Of a stretch of 64,000 nucleotides of DNA, positions 11,791-24,409 are shown in pieces. The DNA lies in assembly GCF_006345805.1 (NCBI RefSeq), contig NC_043005.1, positions 50,592,001 to 50,656,000 of the forward strand, written 5' to 3'. Position 1 is the first letter of the stretch. Each line of letters opens with the position of its first letter. Both the position numbers and the translations under genes were made by a program. The notes under the pieces are model-generated. The model saw only the letters and a program-made list of their open reading frames with translations, was not told the origin of the DNA and did not search any database. The DNA comes from Octopus sinensis. Its lineage: Eukaryota.

Positions 11791-12894
11791 CCGTGAATAA
11801 CTATGGTGACTTCCTGAGATGTGATCGCGTGTCTTATAAGGTGTTTGAAGCGATGCGTAACGGGATATCATTGTGTATGTATGTATGTATGTATGTATTA
11901 TGTATGTATTATGTATGTATGTATGTATGTATGTATGTATGTATGTATGTATATATGTATGTATGTGAATTGTATTGCTGTACGAGATGGAGGAAGAGAT
12001 ACTGTCTAACCGAAGTACCTGAGTTGTTCTGCGGTGCAAAATAAGTTGCTATTCAAGTTGCAACCGGAATGTGTGTGACCCATAGTATAGGGCAATACTG
12101 GAGATAAAGAGTTATAGAGAATTATAGTCGGGTGAGCGGAAGTAACAGGATACATTTGATCCAAAATTGTTTCGACGGACGTCCCGAAGATTCTTGCAAA
12201 TTCTCGTCAATATACAGCTGAACACATAAATGGCGTTTGATGCAATAAACGGAGTTTTTAATCATGCTGGTTAAGTGGTCCATGAAGAAGCAAAAGAAGA
12301 GTCGTAATGTTTAGTAAAATTGGTGGCGGTGGTGGTGGTGATGGTGGTTAGGTTAAATGAATATGTATAGCAGTAGGGATGAGAACGGGTAAAGGAGACA
12401 AGTAGAGAGAGAGCTGCAAATGAAGCAAGTCATGCAAAGTGCGAGCACATTTCCAGGAGGGGAGAATTTGATATGAGAAAAAGTTAAACGCGACGATGTC
12501 CGTTGGAGTCGAAAGTGCTGCCGGGTGGTGTGCTGAACAAATAATGCAGTGGAATAGTGAGTGAAAAGAAAAGAGTTACAGTTAATAGTGAGCTGGAAAC
12601 AAAACAAAACTGTGGGAGTATGGTTGGTTGCGACGTAAACTACAGTTCCAAGGTACCCATGGTGTACCAAACGTTCAGATTGGATTTTCTGAAGTCAGGT
12701 CGTGGTAGCAGAGGTAGCTGAAGGGAGGAATTGGAAGTAGAAGGAATGCGAAGAGGTGAAGTCTGGTTCAGAATGGGAATCGGTGAGCTTATTGGAGTTA
12801 GAAGCGGTGATAGAGTTGGTGTATCCGAAGGAAGTAGAAAGGTCTAAAAAAAGGAGAGGAAATGTAGGGATGGTGGAAGCGGATATACATATAC

Positions 12895-13092
<198 letters not shown>

Positions 13093-13510
13093 GTAACACA
13101 CTGTCTAAATACCAATCTTCAGAAATTAGGCTTCTCAAAACCAGAAAGAAGAGAGCTAATTCGAAGGCTACAGATCCAATCCATCACTGGAACTGTAAAA
13201 ATCTGTAAAACTTCCAGAAGTCTACCATTTAAAAATATTTGAGCATGTCTAGATATGTGACTCGAGAAAACATGCATAAAACAAAACATACAAATCTGCT
13301 CACACATATGTACAAACATACATACATACACACATACATACATACATACATACATACATACATACATACATACATACATACATACATACATACATACGTA
13401 CATACAAAAATACCCTGCTGTTGATGTTGAAATTCCAATGAAGGAACATCTGATCTAGGTTAGAAATCGGTTCTTTCTCTATTGGCAAGAAATCTTGAAA
13501 TAAACTGAAA
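13093..13510 (+). mobile_element. 3' end of an RLE-type (R4-like) non-LTR retrotransposon
   Basis: Reads VTHCLNTNLQKLGFSKPERRELIRRLQIQSITGTVKICKT, resembling the LQ...GT..I C-terminus of RLE ORFs, then a 3' UTR. Flanked on both sides by (TACA)n. Confidence 0.6.
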
Positions 13511-14095
13511 AATGACCTGCATACATACATACATACATACATACATGCATACATACGTACATACATACACATGCATGCATACATACATACATACATACAT
13601 ACATACATACATACATGCATACATACGTACATACATACACATGCATGCATACATACGTGCGTAGTATGGATTGACATTTGCATATGTACATGTAATTATT
13701 TTTTTCTCTCTTAATAATTTCGGTATTTAAGCCTCTGCCATGCTGGAGCACTGATTTGAAAGCATTTAAAAAGATCTTATCAACCCCGGTATTTTTTCTT
13801 TCATACATTGTATTTATTTTAACTTCTTCTGTGTGCCAAACCACCAAGATACAGAATACAGAGAGAAATAGTAACTATACTGAGAAGTAATGTTTGTAGC
13901 TGCTTCAACATTGCTGTTCTGCACGAACCGACGTTACTACCATTTTTTAACAACAAGAGGACATCTCATCTAGATGGTGATCGATGCAATCTGCACACTA
14001 TATATATTGCAAGCAAGGGAGCGAACTCCTACCATCTTCTAGCAACTGGACAGGACCATCAGACCGGCTGGTTTTGAGATATATGTGTATGTGTA

Positions 14096-14133
<38 letters not shown>

Positions 14134-14834
14134 CGCGTGTGTGTGTTTGTGTATTCATGTGACTAGATAGTCTTCGTTGATGTTACAGTAGTTGCAGCAA
14201 ACGTGCTAGTGATTCGGAGTTATATGAAGGAAATAAAGGTAAATAGGGTTGTGTGAGTCTATTGCTTCTTACTCACCTCGACACATTCTGTAGTTACTTA
14301 ATGAAGTGAGCTTAATACTTATCTATTTATTTGTTTACTTAAATTTTCCTGTAGGAAACCTCCTTGTGACTTTAGACACTGTTTTCAGGTGATTTACAAT
14401 TCAGTTTGTCGGTTTCCTTGAAGACGGAAAACGGTGTTTTGTTCGATTTTCCGTTATTTTTTTAGAAGATATTTTTGTAGTCAACAGTGAATATTATACA
14501 ATAGTTTACTTATTGAATAAATCCCAGTTTTTTTTTCTTTTCGAACTAAATATAACCTATCTCTGTCAGATTTTGGTTCGTGTATTCTAAATATCGTTAT
14601 TAATCTTGTTTTTACGTCTAGTCTCGTTAATATATTTCGCATCCAACTGAGAATATTATAACTGTGATTTATTACTGAAAAAGCTAGATTATTCAAACAC
14701 ATTATCTTTCCTTTTGCATTAAAAATGTTTTAAATATATTTTTCTAACTGCTTTGAAGACTTTCTTCAGTAGCAGCACCCTACAAAGTTGCGACTGTATG
14801 GCAGTCTTTCTATCATCACCTTGGTAATCAGAAA

Positions 14835-15035
14835 AAGAAGAACGCATTATGCAGGACACATCTCCTTTTCTGGAAACCCACGCATAGAGACAGTACTGGC
14901 AGACAAAGAGGGACATATACCAATTATCTTGTGGGAGATACAGGGTATCAAGCTGATGGTATGAAGACTGCTCCAGTTGAGGAAATGAAAGCTGCTATGG
15001 ATGATCGGGACATACGATCGTATGGCGTGGAAGAG
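14835..15035 (+). mobile_element. RTE/RTEX-like LINE 3' remnant
   Basis: RRTHYAGH...EEMKAAMDDR matches the RTE C-terminal pattern; frameshifted. Confidence 0.55.
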
Positions 15036-15486
15036 TTCGGGGTCGATGAAGTAAGTACCAGTTACGCACTGGGGTCGATGTAATCGACTATCCCCATCCG
15101 CCAAAAATTTATAACAGAAAGGATTATTATTGTAAGGAAAAAGAAATGAGAATGACAGAAGGCAAAGAATAATCTAAACCCAGAGTAAATGTACAAACGT
15201 TAACATTACGTGAAAGCATGTGACGTAGAGTTTATGGTGTTGAGCGTACTTGTTGCAAAGTGTCAATGGACAATCCTTGCTATATCTCTTATATTCATTT
15301 GGGGCTAGTGGCATGCATTGACTAGTAATATGCCATACTGTTTCACTATTTTGTCCACAAATTCTGCACTTATCACTTTCTGCGCTGTGTATTTGATGTA
15401 ATTGGTTCTTAATGCTTGCTCTTGGGCAGCACAGATTAGAACACTCCGTTTTCGGTTTGAAATCACTTTCAGTTATCTATAGCCAT

Positions 15487-15648
<162 letters not shown>

Positions 15649-15649
15649 G

Positions 15650-15832
15650 AAGCGGCGAGCTGACAGAATTTTTACCACGTCGGATACATTCTGAATTAAA
15701 AATCCGCCAAGATCGTCTTTGCTTTTCATCCTTTCGAGGTTGATAGAATAAATACCAGCTGAGCTTTGGAGTCAATGTTAGAGGTGAACCCTCTCACCCA
15801 GAATTTCAGGCTTTGTGCCTATTTTAGAAAGA

Positions 15833-15898
<66 letters not shown>
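15650..15898 (+). mobile_element. SINE family A copy with expanded (TAT)n tail
   Basis: gcggcgagctgacagaat head, degenerate body, then ...ttagaaagaattattattatt tail. Confidence 0.8.
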
Positions 15899-15901
<3 letters not shown>

Positions 15902-17378
15902 TGTTTTTTTTTTATATCATACTTTCACTTCACTACCGAGCGCAGCTCTGTGTGCCTTGGGTATGTGCTGTGTTTTGTTGTGATGCTCTGATGGTTACTG
16001 TATTGAAAGTGTTTTGCGTAGGATGTGTGCAGTGCCCAGTAGTGCAATTTTCTGTATGTTATATGTGTTTGTAAGTCCTTGTGTTTTTGTTATGTATTTG
16101 TCTGAATATTTTTTATCATGCCTAATGCACCTACTATGATAGGAATTGTTTCTGTTTTTAGATTCCACATTCAAATTACCTCTATTTCCAGGTCTTTGTA
16201 TTTTGAAAGTTTCTCCATTTCTTTTAGAGACACGTTGTCATCTGCTGGTATTGATACATCAATTAGAAAACATTTTTTCCTTCATGATCTCTGACAACTA
16301 TATCTGGTCTGTTGGTCTTAATTTCTCTATCTGTGTGTATTGGCATATCACAGAGCATGGTTGCTTTCTCGTTTTCTGTGACCTTTTCTGGGGTGTGCCT
16401 ATACCATCTTTTTTCTGTTGCTATACCATAATGTTGGTATAGCTTCCAGTGTATGAAGGTCTCAACTCTGTCGTGTCTGTGAATATATTCCTTCTTAGCC
16501 AGGACTGGGCAGCCAGAGATAATATGATTTATTGTTTCTTGTCCATTTCCACATATTCTGCAGTTACTTGTTATATTTCTTTTCATTATATGTGTTTGGT
16601 AATTTCTGGTGGGGAGGCTTTGGTCTTGTGCTGCAATTAAAAATCCCTCTGTCTCCGCTTTGAGTCCAGGGCTTCTCAACCATTGCTGGGGTTTTTCTTT
16701 TGTCTATTTCTTTTATTTTTGTCCAGTATTTGCTATGAAGAGGCTTTTCTTGCCATCCTTTTATCATGGTCCATTGCTGTTCTAGTTTTAGTTTGGATTT
16801 CATTTGTTTTATAGCTTTTGTTGTTTCTTCATCATCTTCTTCTTCATCATCATCTTCTTCTTCTTCTTCTTCTTCTTCTTCATTAGGTGGTATGATTTCT
16901 TGTTTGTATTTGTCAGCTTCCTTAAATACTGAGAAAAGTTTTTGTTTTGCTCGTGTTTTGCCGCTATTTGATCAGTTTTCCTTCCTTCTGAAGTGGATTT
17001 TTTGCAGTCTTATGGTGGTTATTTTATAATAGTTTTCCAGCTGCACAAGGTCTCCACCACCTTCTATACGTTGTATATATAGCCTTTCTATGTCAGATTT
17101 TGGGTGATGCATCCTAGAACCTGTCATTATTTTTCTTGTTTTCCAATCTATTTTGGTTAGTTCATTTCGTGTCCAGTTAAGGATATTGTAGCTGTAACTT
17201 ATAACTGGGACAGCTAAAGTGTTAATACCTATTCTCTTGTTTTTAGCATTGAGCGCTGTTTTTAGTATTGATCTAATTCGTCTATAATATTCTTTTTATA
17301 TTTTCTCTTTCATTTGTGTGTGTTGTGTCTTATCTAGTTCATGGATTCCTAAATATTTGTAAGTTTGGCTTTGGTCTA

Positions 17379-17379
<1 letters not shown>
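15899..17379 (-). mobile_element. 5'-truncated R4/Dong-clade non-LTR retrotransposon (end of RT, CCHC knuckle, restriction-like endonuclease), pseudogenised
   Basis: Minus-strand translation shows YKYLGI, LNAKNK..INTLAVPVISYS, HHPKSDIERLYI.R.EGG, W.EKPLH, KAETEGFLIAAQDQSLPTRNY, CRICGNGQETINHIISGC (CCHC), RHD, RPDIVV..LIDVSIP, EKLSKY and PIIVGALG..IQKIALLGTAHILRK, with stop at 15995-15997. Several stops and frameshifts. (TAA)n flanks both ends on the element strand. Confidence 0.93.
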
Positions 17380-17439
<60 letters not shown>

Positions 17440-17580
17440 TATATTATTATTATTTTCGGACTCGATAAAATGAGTACTACCTGAGGGTTTGATGCAATTG
17501 GCGTACCCATTCCCTTAAAATTGCTGGCTTTCTGGCAAAACTTGATGCCATTACTATAATTCCAGACAAAATGTTACTGT

Positions 17581-17664
<84 letters not shown>

Positions 17665-17974
17665 AAGGGTTGTTATTATTACTTTAAGGTTTCCGCGGAG
17701 GTCAACTTTGCCTTTCATCATTTCGGGGTCGATGAAGTAAGTACCAGTTACGCAGTGGGGTCGATGTGATCGACTATCCCCATCCGCCAAAATTTTAGGC
17801 AGGCCTTACGCTTATAGTAGAAAGGATTATTATTGCAAGGTGAAAGAAATGAGAAATTAACGAATGAAAGGAATAATCTAAACCCAGAGTAAATGTACAA
17901 ACGTTAACATTACGTGAAAGCATGTGGCGTAGAGTTTATGGTATTGAGCGTACACTTGTTTTACATCGTGGGCT

Positions 17975-18132
17975 ACAGCAAATATTCTGCTGAATACCAC
18001 AGATTTGCTTGTCAGTTGTTTGACCTTAACCAGTTGAGCATGCCTCTTAGTGGCTGACGATATGTGCATCTCTGATCACGAGCAGAAGTAGTGGGGGAGC
18101 ATCATAGCCATGTGTTGAGAGGAATTTCTTTG
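17975..18132 (-). repeat. Unclassified interspersed-repeat fragment
   Basis: The sequence (gatcagagatgcacatatcgtcagccactaag... on minus) is one I recall as an octopus-type dispersed repeat. It is single-copy in this window, so this cannot be confirmed internally. Confidence 0.4.
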
Positions 18133-18134
18133 CA

Positions 18135-18660
18135 ACAAGTATGGACTTGACAGAGCAAACAAGTGACAGGAACATAAACTCGAAGGCATCATCGAAACTG
18201 ATAATGTAAAGCTCCTATGGGATTTCATGATTCAGTGCGACCATGAGATAGAGAATAGGAAACCAGGCATAGTGATAATTGAGAAAGAAACAAACTATGC
18301 TGGATCATGGATATAGTATGCCCAGCTGACAACAAGGTATGCGATGAGGAAGAAAGAAATGTTGATAGATATAACAGATTAGCTTGGGAGGTTAAGCAGT
18401 TGTCGTCGCTGAAAAAGGTGGTATTAATACCAATAATTGTCGGAGCCCTGGGAACAGTTAGTAAAAATCTTGAGAAGTACGTAGAACAAATAGGGGCAGT
18501 AATAATGGGGGAGCACTTGCAGAAAACAGCACTGCCTGGAACCGCTCGAATACTCCCGATGGTGCTCGAAAAATACGGGGTGTTACCTTAGTTCACTGGT
18601 AGTGAACAGCTGACATCATAGTACATCTCCAGCGTTAAAAGCTGTGTAAAGACAATATAA
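18135..18660 (+). mobile_element. Second R4-like RLE retrotransposon 3' fragment (different subfamily)
   Basis: KLLWDFMIQCDHEIENRKPGIV..(fs)..WIMDIVCPAD..DRYNRLAWEV..PIIVGALGTVSK..LQKTALPGTARIL; ends in a (TAA/CAA)n tract. Confidence 0.88.
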
Positions 18661-18711
18661 TAATAATAACAACAACAACAACAACAATGATAATAATAAT
18701 AATAATAATAA

Positions 18712-19115
18712 TCCTTTCTACTTTAGGCACAAGACCTGGAATTCAGGGGAGAGGGATAGTCAATTACATCGACCTCAGTATTTGATTGGAACTTGTTTTA
18801 TCGATCCTGAAGGATGAAAGGTAAAGTCGACCTCGGCGGCATATCAACTGAGATCGTAAAAACGAACGACATGTTGTTAAGCGTTTTGTCTGGTGAATTA
18901 ACGATTCTGCCAGCTCTCTGTTTCAATATTAATAATCCTTTGTATTATAGGGACAAGGCCTGAAATTTTTACGAGAGGGGACTAGTCGATTACGTAGACC
19001 CCAGTACTCAACTCGTACTTATTTTATCGACCCAAAAAGGATGAACGTAAAGACGGACGAAATGCCGCTAGGCACTTTTCCTGTATGCGAAAGATTCTGC
19101 CAGCTCGCCACCTTA
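18712..19115 (-). mobile_element. Two tandem SINE family A copies
   Basis: aatcctttctactttaggcacaag...gaaaggtaaagtcgacctcggcgg...ctgccagctc appears twice. Confidence 0.82.
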
Positions 19116-19269
19116 ATGATAACAATAATAATGATAATATTGATGTTGATGATGATGATGATGATGATGACGACGAGGACGACGACGACGATGACGAAGG
19201 AAAGAAGAATTCCAAAACTTTGTGTGTTTAGTACACCCCGTGTGATATACGCTTGCATGGCATGAACTC

Positions 19270-19610
19270 TCACTACAGAGATTCTGAGGCGCTGGAATTG
19301 AGACCCTCATATTTCGACCACATCCCCAACGATCATTTTGACCGCATCACCAACGAGTAGTTTCGCGAAACGATCCAGCATCACATCAGCTAACATGGAA
19401 TTCCTTCATACTGATACGAAGAAAAAAAACCGAGACTCAGGTGCATGACTCTGAAACAAGAAGCTGTCGCGTTGCGGAAGACTGTTCTTGATGGAAACTG
19501 TAGACGGGCAAAGAAAGAAGAAGATACCGACAAAGGAAAAGATGGACGGATAACATCAAAGAGAGGAAATCGAATCATTAACGGAACCCTGGGTTCTAGC
19601 AAGCGGTTAA
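19270..19610 (+). mobile_element. RTE (BovB-like) LINE 3' remnant
   Basis: SYFDHIPND ... KTVL(M)ETVDGQR..QRKRWTDNIK across frameshifts. Confidence 0.65.
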
Positions 19611-19743
19611 GATATATTGGAGAAGATTGATGTACGACATTAGAGGATGGTGCAACAACTACTTCTTTTCACTAACAGGTGTTTGAGGGCTTAAGCAAGC
19701 AAGCAAACAGAAAACTTCAGAGGAAGGGGAAGAGAGGAGGGGA

Positions 19744-19950
19744 ATAATAATAATAATAATAATAATAAGAAGAAGAAGAAGAAGAAGAAGGGGAGGGGGA
19801 GGGGAAGAAGAAGAAGAAGGAGGAGGAGGAGGGGAAGAAGAAGAAGAAGAAGAAGAAGAAGGGGAGGGGGAGGGGAAGAAGAAGAAGAAGAAGAAGAAGA
19901 AGAAGAAGAAGAAGAAGAAGAAGAAGAAGAAGAAGAAGAAGAAGAAGAAA
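19744..19950. repeat. (AAT)n(GAA)n/(GGA)n purine mirror-repeat tract
   Basis: Directly visible; explains ORFs 19691..19990 and 19717..19983. Confidence 0.96.
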
Positions 19951-20315
19951 GACTAGTACGAACAGCAAGATAAACAACAGCAAAGACCACTAATCACCAT
20001 TATAAAAGTAACGGGAATAAAAGACATCATTGTCCTGAACAAACGGAATAAATATTAGATGCCAAAATACCAAAAACAACTGAAAAAAAACAATCAATCA
20101 TATCGGCAATACCAACATCAAAGAAGTTAAGGAAAACAACAGCTGCAATAACAACAACTACAACTGTATCGAGAATATTGATGAGGATTATTGAGAAAAA
20201 CGTAACGTGAACAGCTTTCTAAATAAACAGAACGCTAAAAATTAACAATTCATACATACATACATACATATACAGACAATCATATAGACATGGTTATGCA
20301 GGTAAGTACATAGAC

Positions 20316-20354
<39 letters not shown>

Positions 20355-20980
20355 TGTGTGTGTGTATTGAATTACATGCAAAGATATAGATATAGATATA
20401 CACATATACATATATACACATATAGACCTATATATATATTCATATAAAGGAGCACGATGTAACAGTTCATTACACATGCCATCTATATATACATACATGT
20501 ATATACATGAATTTTATACATAAGTATATATATATGTATGTATGTATGTATGTATATAATGCTGTGATGTTGTTCGTGTGTGTGTAAACACTTGCACAAA
20601 CGTGGACATACGCACAGACACAGACACACACACACACATGCACGCGCACACACACGCACATACACACACTCACACACACAAACACATCAAAGTGCGAATA
20701 AAAACAAACGTCGAATTACGCACGTACGTGAAATCTCAAAAAGGAACGAATTTTTCGAGAAATAATAGTGTATACATACAGGTTATATACATACATGCAT
20801 ACACACATACGCATGCACACGCATACACGCACACACACACATACACTCACACACACACACATATATATATATGCACGCACATATATAACTACACACTCAC
20901 ATCTATATATGTATATATATAAACACGCACACAAAAACACATATACGCGAGGACACACACGCATACATATTTATAGTTAC

Positions 20981-21376
20981 ACTAGCAGCATCGCCCGGCG
21001 TTGCATGGGTTTGTAAGGGAAATAACTATATAAGCAATTTTAGAGATGTAAAGTATAATAGCCATCTCAATATGGCTAACCACATAGGGGGTGGTGTTAC
21101 TGTAGCTTTTTAAGTTCTGAGATTTAATAATACATTTTTAGAGAGTTACTTCCCTTATATAATAGCAAAAAAAATGCATTAAAAATGGGAAAAATTTATG
21201 GTAAATTTTTTTTTAAATCGTAGACTCATCGTAGACGCGCGCTAATACCCAGAAGGGCTCGAGATGAATCACGACTATAAGATACCCGCTTTTGGTTAAA
21301 CTGCACCGCAAAATATGGGAGTAGTTAGGAATCTAAATCGTAGGAGACAGACAGCTTGACTTTTATATATAAAGAT
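20981..21376 (+). mobile_element. Non-autonomous Helentron-associated element (HINE/DINE-1-like)
   Basis: Starts actagcagcatcgcccggcgttgc..ggg and ends cttttatatataaagat. Shares its termini with the copy at 31433. Confidence 0.65.
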
Positions 21377-21420
21377 ATACGTTTTTATGAGTGTCTTTGT
21401 ATGTAAATATGCATTGTTTT

Positions 21421-21660
21421 ATTCTTTTATGTTCTTTTACTTGTTTCAGTCATTTGACTGCGTCCTTGCTGGAGCATCGCCTTTAGTCGAGCAAATCGAC
21501 CACTAGGCTTATACTTTGTAAGCTTAGTACTTACTCTATCGGTCTTTTTTGCCAAACCGCTATGTTACGGGAAGTAAACACACCAGCATCGGTTGCCAAG
21601 CGATGTTGTGGAGACAAACGCAGACCCACAAACATACACACACACACACACACACACACT

Positions 21661-21719
<59 letters not shown>

Positions 21720-21855
21720 GACAGGCTTCTTCCAGTTTCCATCTACCAAATCCACTCACAAGGCTTTGAACGGCCCGAGGCTGTAGTAGAAGACACTTGC
21801 CCAAGTGAACCCAGGACCATGTGGTTGGGAAGCAAGCTACTTACAGCCACTCCTG
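21421..21855 (-). mobile_element. SINE family B, near full length
   Basis: Reverse complement of the family B consensus with an internal (CA)n(TA)n tract. Confidence 0.92.
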
Positions 21856-21983
21856 TTTCTTTTTGTCGCGTGAACACTCTGGGATGATTTATAGAATGAG
21901 TTTCTCTCTAGGAGATTTTAGTCTTAATACCTATTAGTATGCACCTAGATGTATGTGCGTGTATTAGTTTGTTTGTTTGTGTG

Positions 21984-22031
<48 letters not shown>

Positions 22032-22149
22032 ATTTTGTATTTTATTTTGTAATTTTATTTGTATCGTTTTTACGTCCTGTTTTTGTCACATTTTTTTCTT
22101 TCCTTGTTTTTACTCCTCTGCGAAGAAATTTTATTTAATTCTTTCGTAG

Positions 22150-22360
22150 GAAGGGCTAGTTCGACGAGTCGTGATCTGTTCTCACCTTCGAAACACGCAT
22201 GGAGTCGTACTAGGGACAGCTGATGAAGGGGAATTTTCTTTGTGTTGTTTGTCTTGTACTCTGTTTTTTCGTTGTTAAAAAAAAGGTCCGTTTCCATATT
22301 TGTTTTAACGTTTTCGTTTCTCGTTGAGTTCTACGTCTATTTGTGGTGTCCTGTACTCAC
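22150..22360 (+). mobile_element. Penelope-like terminal repeat with split hammerhead words
   Basis: ccttcGAAACacgcatggaGTC...agggacagCTGATGAagggg; related copies at 5818-5955 and about 30950-31095. Confidence 0.45.
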
Positions 22361-22498
22361 ATATATATATTTATATATGCATGTATATATACATGTAGAT
22401 GTAGGTACGTACATATATGTATGTATGTATGCATATATCGTATTTATTTCACTATTGTATGACTGAGCGCCCTCGCGTCGTTTCGTTTCCTCCAAGTA

Positions 22499-22605
<107 letters not shown>

Positions 22606-22645
22606 ATGTATTTTTGTTTATATGTATATCTCAATGTGAATATAT

Positions 22646-22676
<31 letters not shown>

Positions 22677-22684
22677 CATAAATA

Positions 22685-22752
22685 TACGAGGGATTGCTGA
22701 ACGTTTATGGCTTTGGGTAAAAGCGCCAGGAACTTTTCAGCAGACCCTTGTA
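22685..22752. mobile_element. 68-bp minimal mariner-type MITE (TIRs only)
   Basis: TAcgagggattgctgaacgttt ... ggaacttttcagcagacccttgTA; an internally deleted relative of 39235-39457. Confidence 0.8.
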
Positions 22753-23039
22753 TGTATGTATGTATGTATGTATGTATTATATATTATTTAAACATTAATT
22801 TTCTTCTTTCATTTCACATTCACTAGATATATCTTTTTCGTAGTCTATAAGGTTTTATTTAATATACACATAGTCATATACTTCTCATTTATTTAGTTTT
22901 TCATTAATTTATTCCCTCCTCTTTCTTTCGGACGTTATATTATAGAACGTTTTTTCCCAACAATATTAATAGCGTTCAGTTAATCACTATACATATCCAT
23001 CATTTTTTAAAATTTCTTTTTGACGAGTTTCATTTCTTC

Positions 23040-23128
23040 ACTTCCCTGAAGTGAAGATTACATTGTTTTACACCATTTTATTCCTTTGGAATAATATCAA
23101 TGATATCTTCGAAACATGTGTCGGAAGT
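23040..23128 (+). ncRNA. Type I minimal hammerhead ribozyme-like motif (Penelope-type, core possibly degenerate)
   Basis: Stem I acttcc/ggaagt (6 bp); core CTGAAG-T (A9 absent); stem II gaagat/atcttc with further cattg/caatg pairing; GAAA; palindromic stem III acatgt; GTC cleavage triplet at 23120-23122. Confidence 0.65.
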
Positions 23129-23129
23129 A

Positions 23130-23209
23130 AAAGAATTTGAATTACACCTACGTTAAACTCCATTTATATATATATATAAATGGAGTTTAACGTAGGTGTA
23201 ATTCAAATT

Positions 23210-23213
<4 letters not shown>
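23130..23213. repeat. Perfect 84-bp palindrome with an (AT)n centre
   Basis: aaagaatttgaattacacctacgttaaactccattt(AT)n aaatggagtttaacgtaggtgtaattcaaattcttt; no mismatches found. Confidence 0.97.
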
Positions 23214-23254
<41 letters not shown>

Positions 23255-23258
<4 letters not shown>

Positions 23259-23454
23259 AGAGGGTGCTAAAAAGTTCCTGGCCTTGAGTAAAACAAGATA
23301 CAGTAGGATCAGTTAATTATGATTTTATACCTATCTCAGATTCACACTCTTATTGCAAGGTTTCGTAATCATTTAAAAGAACTCGGAAGGTTGGGCTTCC
23401 AACCAGGCTTTTCGCGACACCCTGGAAGCCATGAGGTTTTCACCACTCCCTTGT
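23255..23454. mobile_element. Mariner-derived MITE (same family as 39235-39457)
   Basis: gagggtgctaaaaagttcctgg TIR and a shared internal tctcagattcacac..ttattgca / ccaaccagg..ttcgcga segment. Confidence 0.8.
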
Positions 23455-23723
23455 GAGTGTGTGTGTGTGTGTATACATACATACATATATTATATATATA
23501 TGTATATATAATGTATGTATGTATGTATATATATATATATATATACACATATTATATAAGGCAAGAATGGAGAACAAATTTCAAAGGTCAAGTCCCTTTA
23601 TCCAATCAAGTACAAATGTACTAATTGATAGTGTATATGAATGTACCTAAGATGCGAAGAGATTTAATTTGATAAAGCGACTTGACCTTTGAAATTTGCT
23701 CTCCATTCTTGCCATATATATAC

Positions 23724-23755
<32 letters not shown>

Positions 23756-24145
23756 CCTGAAGAGCGCTAATTAGTTTCATTGTATTAAAGGATATCCTTT
23801 TATATACTTTATATACTTTATATACATTATTATATAATAATGCGCACACAGATATATACACGCGCGCGCGCACGCAGAGACACACACATATATATGTATA
23901 TACATCCATATATAGATATATATATATATACATACACACACACACAGACACATATATATATATAAAGATAGATATATAGACTACTAGATAGAAGTATTTA
24001 TATTTATATATAATGTATATATTCATATGCATACATACATACGAGGAACTCCGAATGAATTAAAAGGTAAGGTAATCCAAGTGCAGAGAAAGTAAGAAAT
24101 CCATGAATGAGGTACTCCATAGTCGGAGTACCTCAAATAAACAAA

Positions 24146-24397
24146 CAATTCAAATAAACCGATAAAAAAAAGGAAGAAAACGAAAGACAGCGAATACGAG
24201 GACGAGCACAAGAAATATATTAGCTTGAGGTTCACTGGAAGGTGTGATTTTAACGTTTCGAGCATAGCTCTTCGTCGAAAAAAAGAGCTCTGCTCGAAAC
24301 GCTTAACTCTCACCTTCCACCGAGCGCCAAACTAATATACTGCTTGTGTACGTCCTCACGTTCCTTTTCTTCGTTTTTCATCCGTTTATTTGAATTG
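24146..24397. mobile_element. Diverged foldback (about 120-bp arms) with hammerhead-like motifs at the centre; probable Penelope pLTR inversion
   Basis: Termini caattcaaataaac / gtttatttgaattg. The minus strand at 24247-24282 reads TCGACGA-A-GAGC(tat)GCTC-GAAAC-GTT. The plus arm retains GAGC(tct)GCTC-GAAAC without its core. Confidence 0.7.
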
Positions 24398-24409
24398 AGT
24401 GTATATGGG

